Positions 30,604-43,140 of a stretch of 64,000 nt of DNA are shown piece by piece. The notes under the pieces are model-generated. The model was given only the letters and a program-made list of their open reading frames with translations, was not told the origin of the DNA and did no database searches. The DNA is taken from assembly GCA_051294375.1 (NCBI GenBank), contig CM119263.1, positions 5,578,823-5,642,822 on the forward strand. The letters are read 5' to 3'. The stretch comes from Paraspadella gotoi (Eukaryota; Animalia; Chaetognatha). The translations under genes were made by a program, and so were the position numbers. Position 1 is the first letter of the stretch. The number at the start of each line of letters is the position of its first letter.

Positions 30604-31780
30604 CCTTCCCCTTCTTCTCCCGCAAAAAATTCATATTTTGCCCGACAGAGGCGCCTTCTCATACAATCATTTTTGCGGTGCATCTCCCGTCAAAAACGCG
30701 GAGGGGATCTGAAATCCGAGACGAGAGGAGGGATACCGGAAGAGAGACGAGAAGAAGTGGAGAGGAGGGCAAAGGGGGCAAAGGGCGGATGGCGAGCGTG
30801 GCAAGTGGCAACGTGGGGCGAAAAGCGAGCAGACAGCGAGAGACCAGGAAATAACTCCGAGGCTCAAAATGTGAGAGGAAGAGACGTTTAAAATAACGAA
30901 CCGTCGAGCCGCCCTATCGGGTTCGTCTAGGGCGCGCTGCAAAAGGGCCTCGCGGGCCGAACCAGGTGAGGGGGCATCGGGCGACCGAGGCCGTGCCCGA
31001 TGGGGCGGACCTCGAAGGCGAAACCCCGTCGGCGACCCCGAGCGGCGAGAAAGAGAGAAAGAGAAAGCGTTGAGAGTTGGAGTTAAATTAAAGAAAAGAA
31101 CCAATCAATAAAAAAACATGGCCGGGAAAAAATCCTAGTGTTTTGTGCTACATAAAAATGTCAATTCAATACAACAATGTAAATTAACAGTATTTTAAAA
31201 AGAATCTATCATTGATTTTTATGTATAATTCTAGAGTGATGTTGGATACAAGCAGCGAGAGAGACCAAAGTAAGATAGCGGAAGGAGAGAGAGAGAAGAG
31301 AGAGAGAGCAGAGACGAGAGAGCAGAAGAGAGAGATATTATTTTCCTTCCGAAAGATTTAGATTTTCTTTCCACTAAAAAGGCAATTTCGTTTCAAATGA
31401 AGCGAAATTGACCGAAAGAAGGAAAGCGGCCCTGAGAATGCCGAGGAAGTGAGATTAGTGGGAGGATAAGAGAGAGAAGGCAGGGGAAGAATGGCAGGGG
31501 AGGGAGGGAGGAGGAAGGGACAGGGATGGAGGGAGGATAGAAAAGGCGGATATTGAGGGAAAGCTGCGTGGCCAAAATGTATTGAGTTGGTCAATTTTGT
31601 TAGAAAAATTAAGAAAAAACAAAAAAAAAAAAAAAAAAAAAACAATTTCAAAATTTGTAGCGCCCAATAAGAAAGAAAAGGCCATTATAGGGACGCGTCA
31701 AATTAAGGCCAACAAAAAAAATATGCCGTCAACAAAGGACCGACAGAAAGGCCGACATAAAGGGCCGACAGAAAGGCCGA
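27985..31780. repeat. ~3.7-kb segment also present at 34940-38536 and 49542-53137; its 3' 1.5 kb occurs again at 33410-34939
   Basis: Shared strings such as tttgcctcaggtca, aaaatcgtcagacacgaaacgaaagttcatc, gggccgcccgacgtgggtaactaccc and ccttgagaatgccgag. Confidence 0.9.
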
Positions 31781-33392
31781 ACTCATGGAAATCGAATTTT
31801 CCACTACTAAAGCCTATTAAAAACTGTCCTAATATTTAATGCTTCTTTCTCTTATTTGTAGGAAATGTAGCTGCTAGGCGAAAGTATGAAGAAGCGAGGT
31901 GGAGTGTTAAACTCTATAATTGCAGAAATTATTTATCCAAATACAATCGTCGGAATTACAGTTTACAATTTCATCTTACATTTTGGGCATGATTAAGGAT
32001 TTTTACTTTTCTCAAAATAATCGTTTCCAAAACTTCGACGTAACGTCGAATCGTTCTTACGGCGCCTCAAAAAACGGTAGTAAGGTTTTCAGTAACTAGC
32101 GCAAACTCAAATAAACAAATTATCGACGACCGCCGTAAGCAGCGCTAGTACGACTATGCAGTTGCAATACAGCTATTCAGTAAAACTGTACGGACTATTC
32201 TTACACTCCCCCCGGTTCGCACCCTTCGATCCTAAAAAAAAAATTACTACTGAATAGTTCGTACATGAAGCAAATCAATGTCTTCGCCAATGGGCAATTG
32301 AATGAGGGTTTAGTTTGATTCTTTTTCGACCGTACTGCCCCTTTCCCCAAAAGTTAATTTCCCCGAAATTCCCAAATCGCCGCCCCGGCTTCATCGTCTC
32401 CATTGGCAAGCGAGCTTCCCCCCGTACAACTTCCCATTCTCCCGCGATGAAACGTCTGCTTTCGTCGTCTCCATTGGCAACGAGCTCCCCCCGTTGACGT
32501 TGTCCATTCTCCCGCGAGTGCACATCTTCTGGGCTTGACCACGCACCGTTGACGACCCATTGGGCAACGCCCTGATGATGGACTGGAACGTCTTTGATCG
32601 ACTCTGATGTAGTTCAGCAGCATCTCGCATGAGTCGCAAACAATCTTTGGCGCGTTCTCGTCTTCGTCTCTTTCCACGCCACGGCGCCCGGCTCGTCTCC
32701 TTGACGACGCCGCTAGCGACCTGACGCCGCGAATGATGCTCTGCCTCTGATGACGCTGCTTCTGTTCGTTGACGTTCTGCTTCTGCTCGACGCTTGCTTT
32801 TCTTGACGCTTTTGCCGTACCGTCTTTCATTTGTCTCCTCTTCATCTTGTCTGAGAACGACGTTTTGCCGGATGTGTAACGTGCGTGTACGGGCATGTGT
32901 GTGCGTGCATTCGAGACCGGACTAAACCTGTTTTGACTCCACTTCTGAACCTTTCTCCCCCTTTCTTGCCATTCAAGAAACCTATTCTCAGATTGCTTTA
33001 GTGCTTCCTACTGGCGTCTTAAAAAACAAAACAATGAAAAAACAAATACAACGCCCGCGCTAAGTCTTTAGCTTACTTTCACACTTCACTCATTACTTAT
33101 CTTCTCTTTTTATTTAAAACTGTCTCTCAAATTTTGTATTAAAGTTAACTATTTAGTTTTAATAAAAATTGGTATATAATCCTGCGGGGCACCAAGTAAA
33201 ACTGACATGAACAAAAGTTTGCACTTTAAACCACGTTTTTTTCTATGGAACATGAACGATTGATTCCTTGCAGGTTACGTAGACTACCTAGGTCCACACA
33301 ACTTGAAAAACACTACTTTGTCATCCATTGTCCTCTGAGCCCGCAGAGACCTGAACTCTCCTCTATTGAGATCCCTCAGGCTCATTTTGTGT
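31781..33392 (-). mobile_element. Truncated copy of LTR element B (3' LTR 31781-32205, PPT, ~1.2 kb internal)
   Basis: Collinear with 44049-45650. ttaca|ctccccccgg at 32201-32215. Similarity stops abruptly after ctcattttgtg. Confidence 0.85.
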
Positions 33393-33636
33393 TCACTATC
33401 TCTCTCCCTCTTTGATGGAAAGGGAGAGACGGAGAGAGAGGGACAAAAAAGGAGAGGAGAAGGGAAAAGAGAGAGAGAAAACAAAGGAAAAGTAAGGGCA
33501 GAGAAGACAAGCAAGCAAAGATTGGCCTTTTTTTGTGAGGGTGAGGGATTTCGAGAGTCGAGGGTGAGTTTCAGAGGGAAACAAAAGTAGGTTTTCTCGC
33601 TTCGCCCATTTTTCTCCAAGGGCGATTCCATTGTTT

Positions 33637-33784
<148 letters not shown>

Positions 33785-34434
33785 CCTTCCCCTCTCTCCC
33801 GCCAAAAATTTCATATTTTGCCCGACAGAGGCGCCTTCGTCATCAATCATTTTTGCGGTGATCTCCCGTCAAAAACGCGGAGGGGATCTGAATCGAGAGA
33901 GAGAGAGAGGGAGAGGGAGAGAGAGAGAGAAGTGGAGAGGGGGCAAAGGGGGGATGGCGAGGTGGCAGGTGGCAACTGGCGAAAAGCGAGAGACAGCGAG
34001 AGACCAGGAAATACCTCGAGGCTCAAATTGTAAGAGGAAGAGACGTTAAAATAACGGAACGCGGTCGAGCCGCCTTCGGGGTCGTCTAGGGTCGCGGCTG
34101 CAAGGCCTCGCGGGCCGAACAGGTGAGGGGCATCGGGCGCGAGGCCGTGCCCGATGGGGCGCGCCTCGAAGGGCCGAACCCCGTCGGCGACCCCGAGCGG
34201 GCGAGAAGAGAGAAAGAGAAAGGTTGAGAGTTGGAGTTAAATAAAGAAAAAGAAAAAAAATGGCGGGGAAAAATTCGATTGTTTTGTGAGGAAACTTTGT
34301 TTTATATGTACATAAAAATTGTCAATTCAAAACAACAATTTAACAGTTTTAAAAGATCTATCATTGATTTTTTATGTATAATTTAGAGTTGATGTTGGAT
34401 ACAAGAGCGAGAGAGACAAAGTAAGATAGGGAAG

Positions 34435-34484
<50 letters not shown>

Positions 34485-35430
34485 TTGAGAGAGGGAGAGA
34501 GAGAGAGAGAGAGATATTATTTTCTTCCGAAAGATTTAGATTTTTCTTTCCACTAAAAAAGGAATTTCGTTTCAAATGAAGGAAATTGACCGAAAGAAAG
34601 GAAAGCGGCCTTGAGAATGCCGAGGAAGGAAGTGAGATTAGTGGGAGGAGAAGAGAGGAAGGAGGGGAAGGTGGAGGGGAGGGAGGGAGGAAGGGAGGGA
34701 GAAAGGGAAGGGAGGGAGGGAGGATAGAAAAGGCGGTATTGAGGGAAAGCTGGTGGCAAAATGTTGAGTTGGTCAACTTCGTTAGAAAAATTCAAGAAAA
34801 ACAAAAAAAATCAAAATTTGTGGCCAATAAGCAAGAAAAGGCCATATAGGGAGGTCCAAATTAAGGCCAACAAAAAAAGATGCCGTCAAAAAGACAGACA
34901 GAATGGCCGACAGAAAGGCCGACAGAAAGGCCGACAGAAGAGATGAGAAAGAAATTTTTTTTTGTTTGCCTCAGGTCAACGTGGAGGGTCAGATATATCG
35001 GGATAGAGCGGAGTCGACGGTGAAACCACTTGAAAAAGAAGAACGGTGAGGAAAGAAAAAAGCAAGAAAAAAATGACATTACTAGAACAGATAAAAAATA
35101 ATCAAAAAAAGGATTCAAAAGACGAAAGGATTATTGGTACGTTCTACTTGTATTAATTACTATAACTTGCAATATGTAATTAGATTTAGTTTAAAAAATC
35201 GTCAGACACGAAACGAAAGTTCATCTTTTCGGCTTCGACGCCTCCTCTTCTAAATTTTCCTCCGCAGGAAGGGGTGCCGCTCACGCGCGCATCTCCTTCG
35301 CGTCCCTGACATTTAACGAGTTTGACGCGATGCCAGCAGCCGCGCGCCGCCGCCGCCCAACCGCCGCCGCCGCGCCAACCGAAGAGATCTTCCCGGCGTC
35401 GAAATGACGGGCGGCGACTCAACGGAGAAG

Positions 35431-35500
<70 letters not shown>

Positions 35501-38500
35501 AACAAAAAACAAGAAAAAACGAACGGTAATCTGAGGGACAATTATTTTAAAAAAAATTAAAATATTAAGTTTGCCAACGAAAACAAAGAAAGGTTTCAAG
35601 CCAAAGGTAACACGTGCGCCGACCAACCACGGAAGGACAACCCACGGGCCGCCCGACGTGGGTAACTACCCTCTATCCACACTGTTCCCGTCGGCTCAGG
35701 TGACAAAAAACGCCATCGGAAAAGAAAAGGAGAAGAGGAGGAAGAGAATAAAGGAGGAAGAGGAGAAAATTGAGGAAGAGGAAAAGAGAAGGTAAAGGAG
35801 GAACAGAAGGAAGAGGAGAAGACGAGAAAGAGTTACACCCCCACCATCTTTTGGGGGTCATCTCCCTACGCCCCACACATCCCCCTCCCCTTTCGGGAGG
35901 GGTCATCCCCACCCCCCCCCACTTTTCGGGGGGGTCACCGTCAAATCTGGACGCGAATCGTTTCTGCCACAGAAAAATAATTCACGTTGAATCTCAATGC
36001 CAACGAAGACAAGAATATATTTCCCTTTTCCTCTTTCTTTTCCTATTATTCTCTTTTCCTTTTCCTTTATCGTCCTTCTTTTTTTTCAAGGAAGGATCCA
36101 AGATCTCTCTTTCGTGTCGTCAAGGAAACGGACGCAGCTTCTAACGTGGGCGTGGCCAAGAATGGTCTCGCGAAGGACATTTGTCAAATTCCGCCTTCCG
36201 AGACAAAAAAAAGAAGAGGAAGTTTCGTCGCCGTGATTGTTGTGTTGTTGTTGTTCTCGTTTTCATTGTGTCTTTAAGATTGTGCGGGGTTTCTTGTTAA
36301 TATGCGGTAATTTGTGTTGGCGTTGTTGTTTTTATTGTTGTTATTGTATCAATTTGTCCATCAACCCAATGACCTCTGAAGTCAATTCCATCCAAATCGA
36401 CAAACAAACTGAACAAATACTTGACCACGAACAACAACGACGACAACGACACGACGACAACACGACGAAAAGTTTCGCCTCATTTTTTAAAAGGAAGAAG
36501 AAGAGAAGAAGGAGAGGAAGAGGAAGAAAGAATGTCCGCCCTTTCTCTCTCCAACCCTGTCCTACTTCCTGTCCGAGTTTTTATCTATATCTTATCTTCT
36601 CTCTCTCTCCCTCTCTCTCTCTCTCCTCTCTCTCCTCTCTCCTCTCTTCTCTCTCGTTTTCGGTCGAAGATATGGGCAAAACAATGTTTGTCACGTCTCG
36701 AATAATGGGCGCAAAAATGGAGTGATAAGATCGTCTGACGATCATGGTGCATAACGAAAGGTCGGCAGGGGGTCGGCTTAGGGGTCGGTGGCCAAGATGG
36801 GGAGGTGGAAAGGGGGGTCATCTTCTCCGGGTCCGAATTCGGGTCGTCGGGGGTCGACCTCAAAAATGGCGGCCGGCGGAATGGAATCATCGGGTCCGTG
36901 AAACAGAGCGAGAAAAATGGAATCATAAATGGCCAAACAATGAAAGACGAACGGAGAGGGGAGGGAGGAAGGGAGGGAGGAGAGAGAGAGGGAAAAGGGA
37001 GAAAGGAGAGAGGGAGAGAGGGAGAGAGAAAGAGGGAGGAAAGGGAGGGAGGAAAGAGGGAGAGGGAAGGGAGGGAGGGAGAGAGAGAGGGAGAGAAGGA
37101 AGATGGAGAGGAGAATGATGGAAGGGAAGACGGAGAGAGAGGGGACAAGAAGGAGAGAGAGGAAAGGAGAAGAGAACAAGGAAGTAAGGGCCAAGAAGAC
37201 AGCACAAAGATTAGTCTTTTTTGTGGGGGGAGGTGGATTCTCGAGAGTCCGAGGGTGAGTTCAGAGGGAACAAAGTAGGTTTCTCGCTTCGCATTTCTCT
37301 AAGGGCGGCGATCCATTGTTTTTTCACTCTCCCTCTGTTTCTCTATCTCTCCTCTGTCTTTTTCCTTCCTCTCTCTCTCATCCTCTCTCTCTTCCCTCCT
37401 CTCTCTCCTCCCGTCTCTCTCTCCTCACTCCTTCTCTCTCTCGTCGATCCTTCCCCTCTCTCCCGCCAAAAATTCCATATTTGGGCCCAGACAGAAGGCG
37501 CTCGTCATCAATCCATTTGCGGTGATCTCCCCCGTACAAAAACGCGGAGGGGATCTGAAATCGAGAGAGACAAGAGGGGCAAGGCAGAGAGAGAGAGAAG
37601 TGGAAGAGGGGGCAAAGTGGGCGGTCAGAAGGGGGGATGCGCGAGGTTGGCAAGTGGCAACCTGGTCGAAAAGCGAGAGACAGCGAGAGAATCCCGAGGA
37701 GAATACCTCGCAGGCTCAAATTGTAGAGAAGATGACGTTAATAACGAACGCGGCTCGAGCCGCCTTCGGGGCGAGTCTAGGGTCGCGCTTGCAAGGCCTC
37801 GCGGCCGAATCAGGGTGAGGGGCATCGGCGCGAAGGAACCGGAGCCCGATGGGGCGGCCATCGAAGGAGCCCTGAACCAACCGTCGGACGACCCCGAAGC
37901 GGCGAGAAGAGACGAAGAGAAAAGGTTAGAGTGGGAGTTAAAGTAAACGAAAAAGAAAAAAAACAAGGCGGGGAATCCCGATTGTTTTGTGTACATAATT
38001 GTCAATGTCAAATAACAAACAATTAAATTAAATCAGTTTTAAAAGATTATGCATTGATTTTTTAATGTATAATTTAGAGTTATAGTTGGAAACAAAAAGC
38101 GAGAGAGACAAAGTAAGATAGGAGGAGAGAGAGAGAGAGAGAGAGAAGACGAGAGAGAGAGAGATGAGAGAGAGAGGAGAGAGATCACAGTGGTTGATAT
38201 TTTTCTTCCCAAGATTTAGATTTTTCCTTCCACTAAAAAAGGAATTTCGCTTCAAATGAAGGAAAATTGACCGACAGAAAGGAAAGCGGCCTTGAGAATG
38301 CCGAGCGAAGTGAGATTATGGTAGGAGAAGAGAGGAGGAGGGAAGAATTGGAGGAGGGGAGGAGAAAGGGAAAGGGAGGAGGGAGGATAAAAAGGCGGTA
38401 TTGAGGAAGCTGTGGCAAAATGTTGAGCTTGGGTCAATTTTGTTAAAATTCAAGAAAAACAAAACAAAAAAAAAAAAAAAATCAAAATTTGTGGCCAATA

Positions 38501-39417
38501 AGAAAGAAAAAGGCCTATAGGGAGGGTCCAATTAAGTAGCAAGAATCACGAGTTTCGCGAGAGGGGGATAGGTTCCGAGAACTCGGCTTTTTTATGGTCT
38601 CGCCTCGATCGACGGCATGCCCGTAATAAATAGTATAAAAATGCATATTCGAAAGCGGGCGTCTTGGGAAGCCCTTGCCGGTGGAGCGCGAGAAAAATTC
38701 GGTCATCTTGACAAAATGGACCTAAAGGGACTGTTACGATTTTTTTACTTCGCTACTTTAATTACATCGTCTTCTAAATAATGTGATTATTTTTTTTTAC
38801 CTTACACATTCTGATAGATTGGCGTCTTGGCTAAAACAGGTATCTTAATTGTTTATTATTTTGCAAGCTTGCTTCGTTTAACTTTAACAAATCAAATGAA
38901 CTTGCTTTTCGCCATTCATCGAACGTAACGCTGCGATAGTTTTAATTTTTATTTTCCCTTCGGCGAGATTAGGGTTTTTGGTCTTCTGTTTCTGGGGTAG
39001 CGCAACGGAAAAATTCAAGTGTTTTTCTAAAATCCGAAGAAAACAAAGGGCTTTGGTTTCGATTAACATTTAATATTGGACCCGACCGAGCATAATGACT
39101 CTATCGTGAAATCCCAAATCCGAAAGCCATGGCCTTGCAACGACGGTTTCCCGAAAGAGGATTTTTGTGGTCGTTGTTTTGAAACATCCTCCCACTTTTT
39201 AGAATGAGATTTTTTAAAAAATTAATATAATTATTGTTTATTTAAATTAAAGTATTTATCATTTTTTAAAAACTTTTGTGGATAACGCGTTTCCTGTAGA
39301 AGACGAATAGTAAGAATAAAAATAAGAACGTAAAAAATTTGTGACATTGTAAGAGAAGTAAAAAAGAAAGTAATGACGAGCTCTCTCCTGATCCACTTTT
39401 ATCAAACGAACAAGTGA

Positions 39418-39952
39418 AAAGAACCCCCCTCGACCTAGCGGAGAAGGAGAAGACTCGGGAGAGAAATCGTGCTGAAGACCGGGACCGCAGGCGACGTAAT
39501 AGTTTATGTTCTTATCCACTTGGATCTTGATATTTAATGGGTAACCTTAATAAAATAATCAAAGCATATAGATATTGCGGGTTGTTCTATAATCTATATG
39601 CTTTTGATTATTTTTATTAAGGGGCTAATTAATACTTTCCGCCGACCGCGTTTTGGCGGCTTTTTGAAAAAAAACTTAAAAAAATAATTATTTAAAAAAA
39701 AAATACTCATTACCTAAACCTCTAAACGTAACTACCCCTAACCTTAAACCACCCCTAAACTAACTTTAACCCTAACCTCCTAACCCCGGTTGGCGAAAGT
39801 AAAAGTAACCCTATTAAGGTACCCATTGAATATCAAGACTCCAGTGAATAAGAAACTTATAACTTTTACGGGCGCCTGCGGTCCCGTCTTCAGCACGATT
39901 TCTCTCACCGACGTCTTCTCCCTCTCCGCTAGGATCGAGAAGGGGGTTCTTT
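39418..39952. mobile_element. MITE/foldback element with ~135-bp inverted arms, inner hairpin and CCTAA-type tract
   Basis: 39418-39552 is the reverse complement of 39812-39952 (gagaaatcgtgctgaagac / gtcttcagcacgatttctc). Hairpin at 39545-39622; cctaa(a/c) repeats at 39713-39787. Confidence 0.8.
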
Positions 39953-40144
39953 ATAGCTGTGATCTAACGTCCGGGACTCGTCTTCAAAAGGCGTGGAAGA
40001 ACTCGTAATTCACGCAGAAATCAAATTCAATAAACTTCAAGATAACCGCCACTTGAAATCATCGTTCTCTGCGGATTATAGTGTAAAAAGAGCTCGGGCC
40101 AACGCGGGATAGCGAGTATCTTAAATGTAACCGTGCTCGCTCGC

Positions 40145-40870
40145 CCAGTTAATTTCGTCTTGCTCTCACAAGTTCAGCCGTAAGCTTTCTTAGCAGCGCA
40201 TCTGTTCCGGGCGACGCACTCTTGTTTCTCGGCTACGGCACTCGGCTTCCTCGTAATTGATTTTTTTTTAATTTCTTTTCATTAAATTTTTTCTTATATT
40301 ATCTATTACACTCATATTCTTAATCCTTTCCAGAGTAATACCCAGGGATCAACCCATTTTAGATGTACAGTTGTAAGTTTTTTTAATAAAGTATACAAAT
40401 TATCTCGGCTCTTTTAAATACTATATTTTTTTTTTGTTAAACTTTCAAGCATTTTCTTTGGCCGTTTTATTTGCAAGATTCATACCTATTAAAGATGATA
40501 TGCTTTTAAATTTTTACAGGTTGGTTTTGGCTACAATTGGCGACACATATCACCATAACAACTGGGCTTCGGAGGTTGCGGCAGCAGGTTAATTTTTTGC
40601 CACTCTACAGTGTTCCAATAAAAAATATTCAATATGCGAGTGTAAATAGTTCATTCAAGTGTCATTTATCAGAAATAAACTAATTTTTTAAACAATTGAA
40701 TTTATCATTAACTTTATAAATTTACAGATGAATCATTTGTAATCATGATGGAAAAAAAAAGTGTCGCGGGTTACTTTCCAGTTATTTTTTGGCATTTTAA
40801 GTGTATAGACGAAAAAAATAAAAATTTATATATAAGACTTTGGCCTTTTGTGATTCAATAAAGCTGTTCT
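40145..40870 (+). other. Candidate small spliced transcript (exons ..40252, 40334-40372, 40520-40587, 40728-~40870)
   Basis: Acceptors tttccag, ttttacag, tttacag; donors gtaatt, gtaagt, gttaat. AT-rich introns of 81/147/140 nt. AATAAA at 40857-40862. Confidence 0.45.
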
Positions 40871-41084
40871 CATTTAGTATGACAAAAAATACAGGAGTGT
40901 CCATGTAAAAAGAAATGCGTTAAGGAGGTAATATTATTATTAAAACTTATTTATACCAAAAATATATTTGAACAATAAAATAATGGGCTTTTCCAAACCG
41001 CGAAACTTTTTTTTTTCATCATGGTATAAATAGAACCAATCAAGTTTTAATATCATGGTGACTAAAATTCACCAACTGTTCATC

Positions 41085-41272
41085 AGCGGCCTTTGATACC
41101 GAGGCAAGTCATCGCCTCCCAAACCCATAGGTCCGGGGTTCTAGCCCGGTGGTTGCCTAGCAGTTATTAGGGACGAGGCGCTTAATCTGCCTGTAACATG
41201 GTGTTACAGCCTGATCCAGAAGCTCAGGGACTGCTTATATGAAGGTTCTGTCACTAACACAATAACAATAAT
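41085..41272 (+). mobile_element. SINE-like fragment
   Basis: GC-richer ~190-bp island in AT-rich DNA, with B-box-like GGTTCTAGCCC (~41137) and an acaataacaataat tail. The A box is weak. Confidence 0.35.
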
Positions 41273-41371
41273 TAACTGTCTCTTCAATTCAAAATTAGCA
41301 AATTAATTAATGTATTTGTGCAGTTACGACTATCAATAGTAATTTGGTAATCAGATTAGTTAATTTTTTTC

Positions 41372-42037
41372 AAACTTTGGAATGGGGCAGATGTCAAAAA
41401 ATATTTAGACTTTGCAAATAAAGTATACTATCTTTTGGTTAATTTTAATTGATTAAATTGCATCATTATTTTTTCAAATTTTCTTTAGTAAAAATTGATT
41501 TATAAATATTTACTTTGCATTTAGTTTTTTAAAAACTTATCTAATTTTATCTCGCCAGACGGGCGGATTAATCGTTAGGACTGCTTCTTTGTGCGTCGTC
41601 GCGTTTGTCGTCGCGTCGTCACACTTTTTTATCTTTTAAAAACGAGTTCTCTCTGCAGCGCCTGTCCAATGGCTGTCCACTTCTCTCTACTTTCTCTCTC
41701 TCTCTTTTCTCTCCTCTCAATCATAACACGCATTTGTTTTATTTTTATTTACAATGAATAATTATTCATCACGCTCATGAATGGATTTATCAATCACGTC
41801 GAATGAATGATGTATCATCACGTCAATGAAATAATTATCATCGCAATTCAAATCTTTTGGTTATCATTGAAACAATATTTGGTTATCATCACATCAGATC
41901 CTTTGGTTATCATCGCAATCAGTCTTTGGTAATCATCGCATCAATATTGGAGTTATACATCTGATCAAATATTTGGTTATCGCATCAATAATCAGGGAAT
42001 GAAAAAAAATGTTAAAAAATCTGCCCCATCGAAGTTT
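41372..42037. mobile_element. MITE-like element with ~20-bp inverted ends and an internal minisatellite
   Basis: aaactttggaatggggcagat (41372-41392) vs atctgccccatcgaagttt (42019-42037). No TSD resolved. Confidence 0.5.
41754..41993. repeat. ~21-22-bp minisatellite, ~11 units
   Basis: Repeated ttatcatc(a/g)c core, with tgaatgattatcatcacgtc-type units followed by tttggttatcatcgcatcaaat-type units. Confidence 0.8.
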
Positions 42038-42915
42038 TTTATTTCAACACTTTTAAATGAATGATACAAAATAATAGATATTTCTTATTAGATCTTACAT
42101 TTGTCTAAAAATCGGAAATATTCTATAAAGTAATATAATCCTTAAAGTATTTCCTCCCCCACCCCCGTCTAGGATGGTGGGCGTGAGCCGGACCGCCGCC
42201 AACTCCAAAACTTTCAACCCAACTTCAAAACTCAGATGCTGAACCGAAACAAGACCCTGTAAATGATCATGTGTTCTTGAATGTTTTTTTGACCCCGTTT
42301 CTTTGATTTTGAATACAAATTGTTTTTGCCTTTTACTTTTGAAAAAATCTTTAATTCTTTGTTCTAAAACAATGGTCCAGCAGCAATACAGTGATAAATA
42401 CAGATTTTAATTAATAGGGAAAATGGGAAAATAAATTATAAAGGTTAGTTTTTGTAACGAGATTATAGAGCTTACTGACAAGTAACATTAATGTTGTTTT
42501 TTAATATGGGTAAATAACGTTGGTCTTTTATGCGAGTAACACTAAATTGAAGGACGGGAGGAGCAAGAAGAGAATCCGAGCTAAACCGATCATCCAAGTA
42601 AAGTCATTGTCAATGTCCTCACTAAAGCAGCAATTTTGTTAGTATAATATATCTGGGTAACTTTAATTAATTCGACGTCCGCAACAACTTTAGCTAAACC
42701 ACCGCCGTCGGTGCTTTGTTTTCCCTACTAGCTCGAGTCATAGTTTACGCATTATAACTTTTTTTGGTTTTTCAGTAATACAAATTTTATAATTTAATAA
42801 TAAATAATAATTTAAATTATTTTAATTGTATTTTATATATTTGGTTTATGTAAGCGTTTTATAAAAGAATAAATTTCGAGCATGTTTCAAGCTTTAATGT
42901 AAGATTCCTTAGGCG

Positions 42916-43140
42916 TAAAAACGATTTGAATTGATGAAACAAATATGCTCTTCAAGACCTTTGTTTCATCAATTAATTCGTTTTTAAAACATTGTAGCAG
43001 AAACATGTCAAATTTGTTTCCTTAATGAAACTCGTACGTAAACAAACAAGGAAATGAAAAACAAATATTTTATATTTTTTTAAAACGATTAAAACGGTTA
43101 AATTGTTTAAGGTTGGTTAGGGTAAGGGTTAGTGGTTATG
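42916..43140. repeat. Hairpin (42916-42986) plus GGTTAG-type tract (43111-43140)
   Basis: taaaaacga..aattgatgaaacaaa / tttgtttcatcaatt..tcgttttta; ggttggttagggtaagggttagtggtta. Confidence 0.6.

Noticed and set aside
39713-39787. Telomere or true interstitial telomeric array
   Set aside because: It is short, highly degenerate and embedded in a small mobile element.
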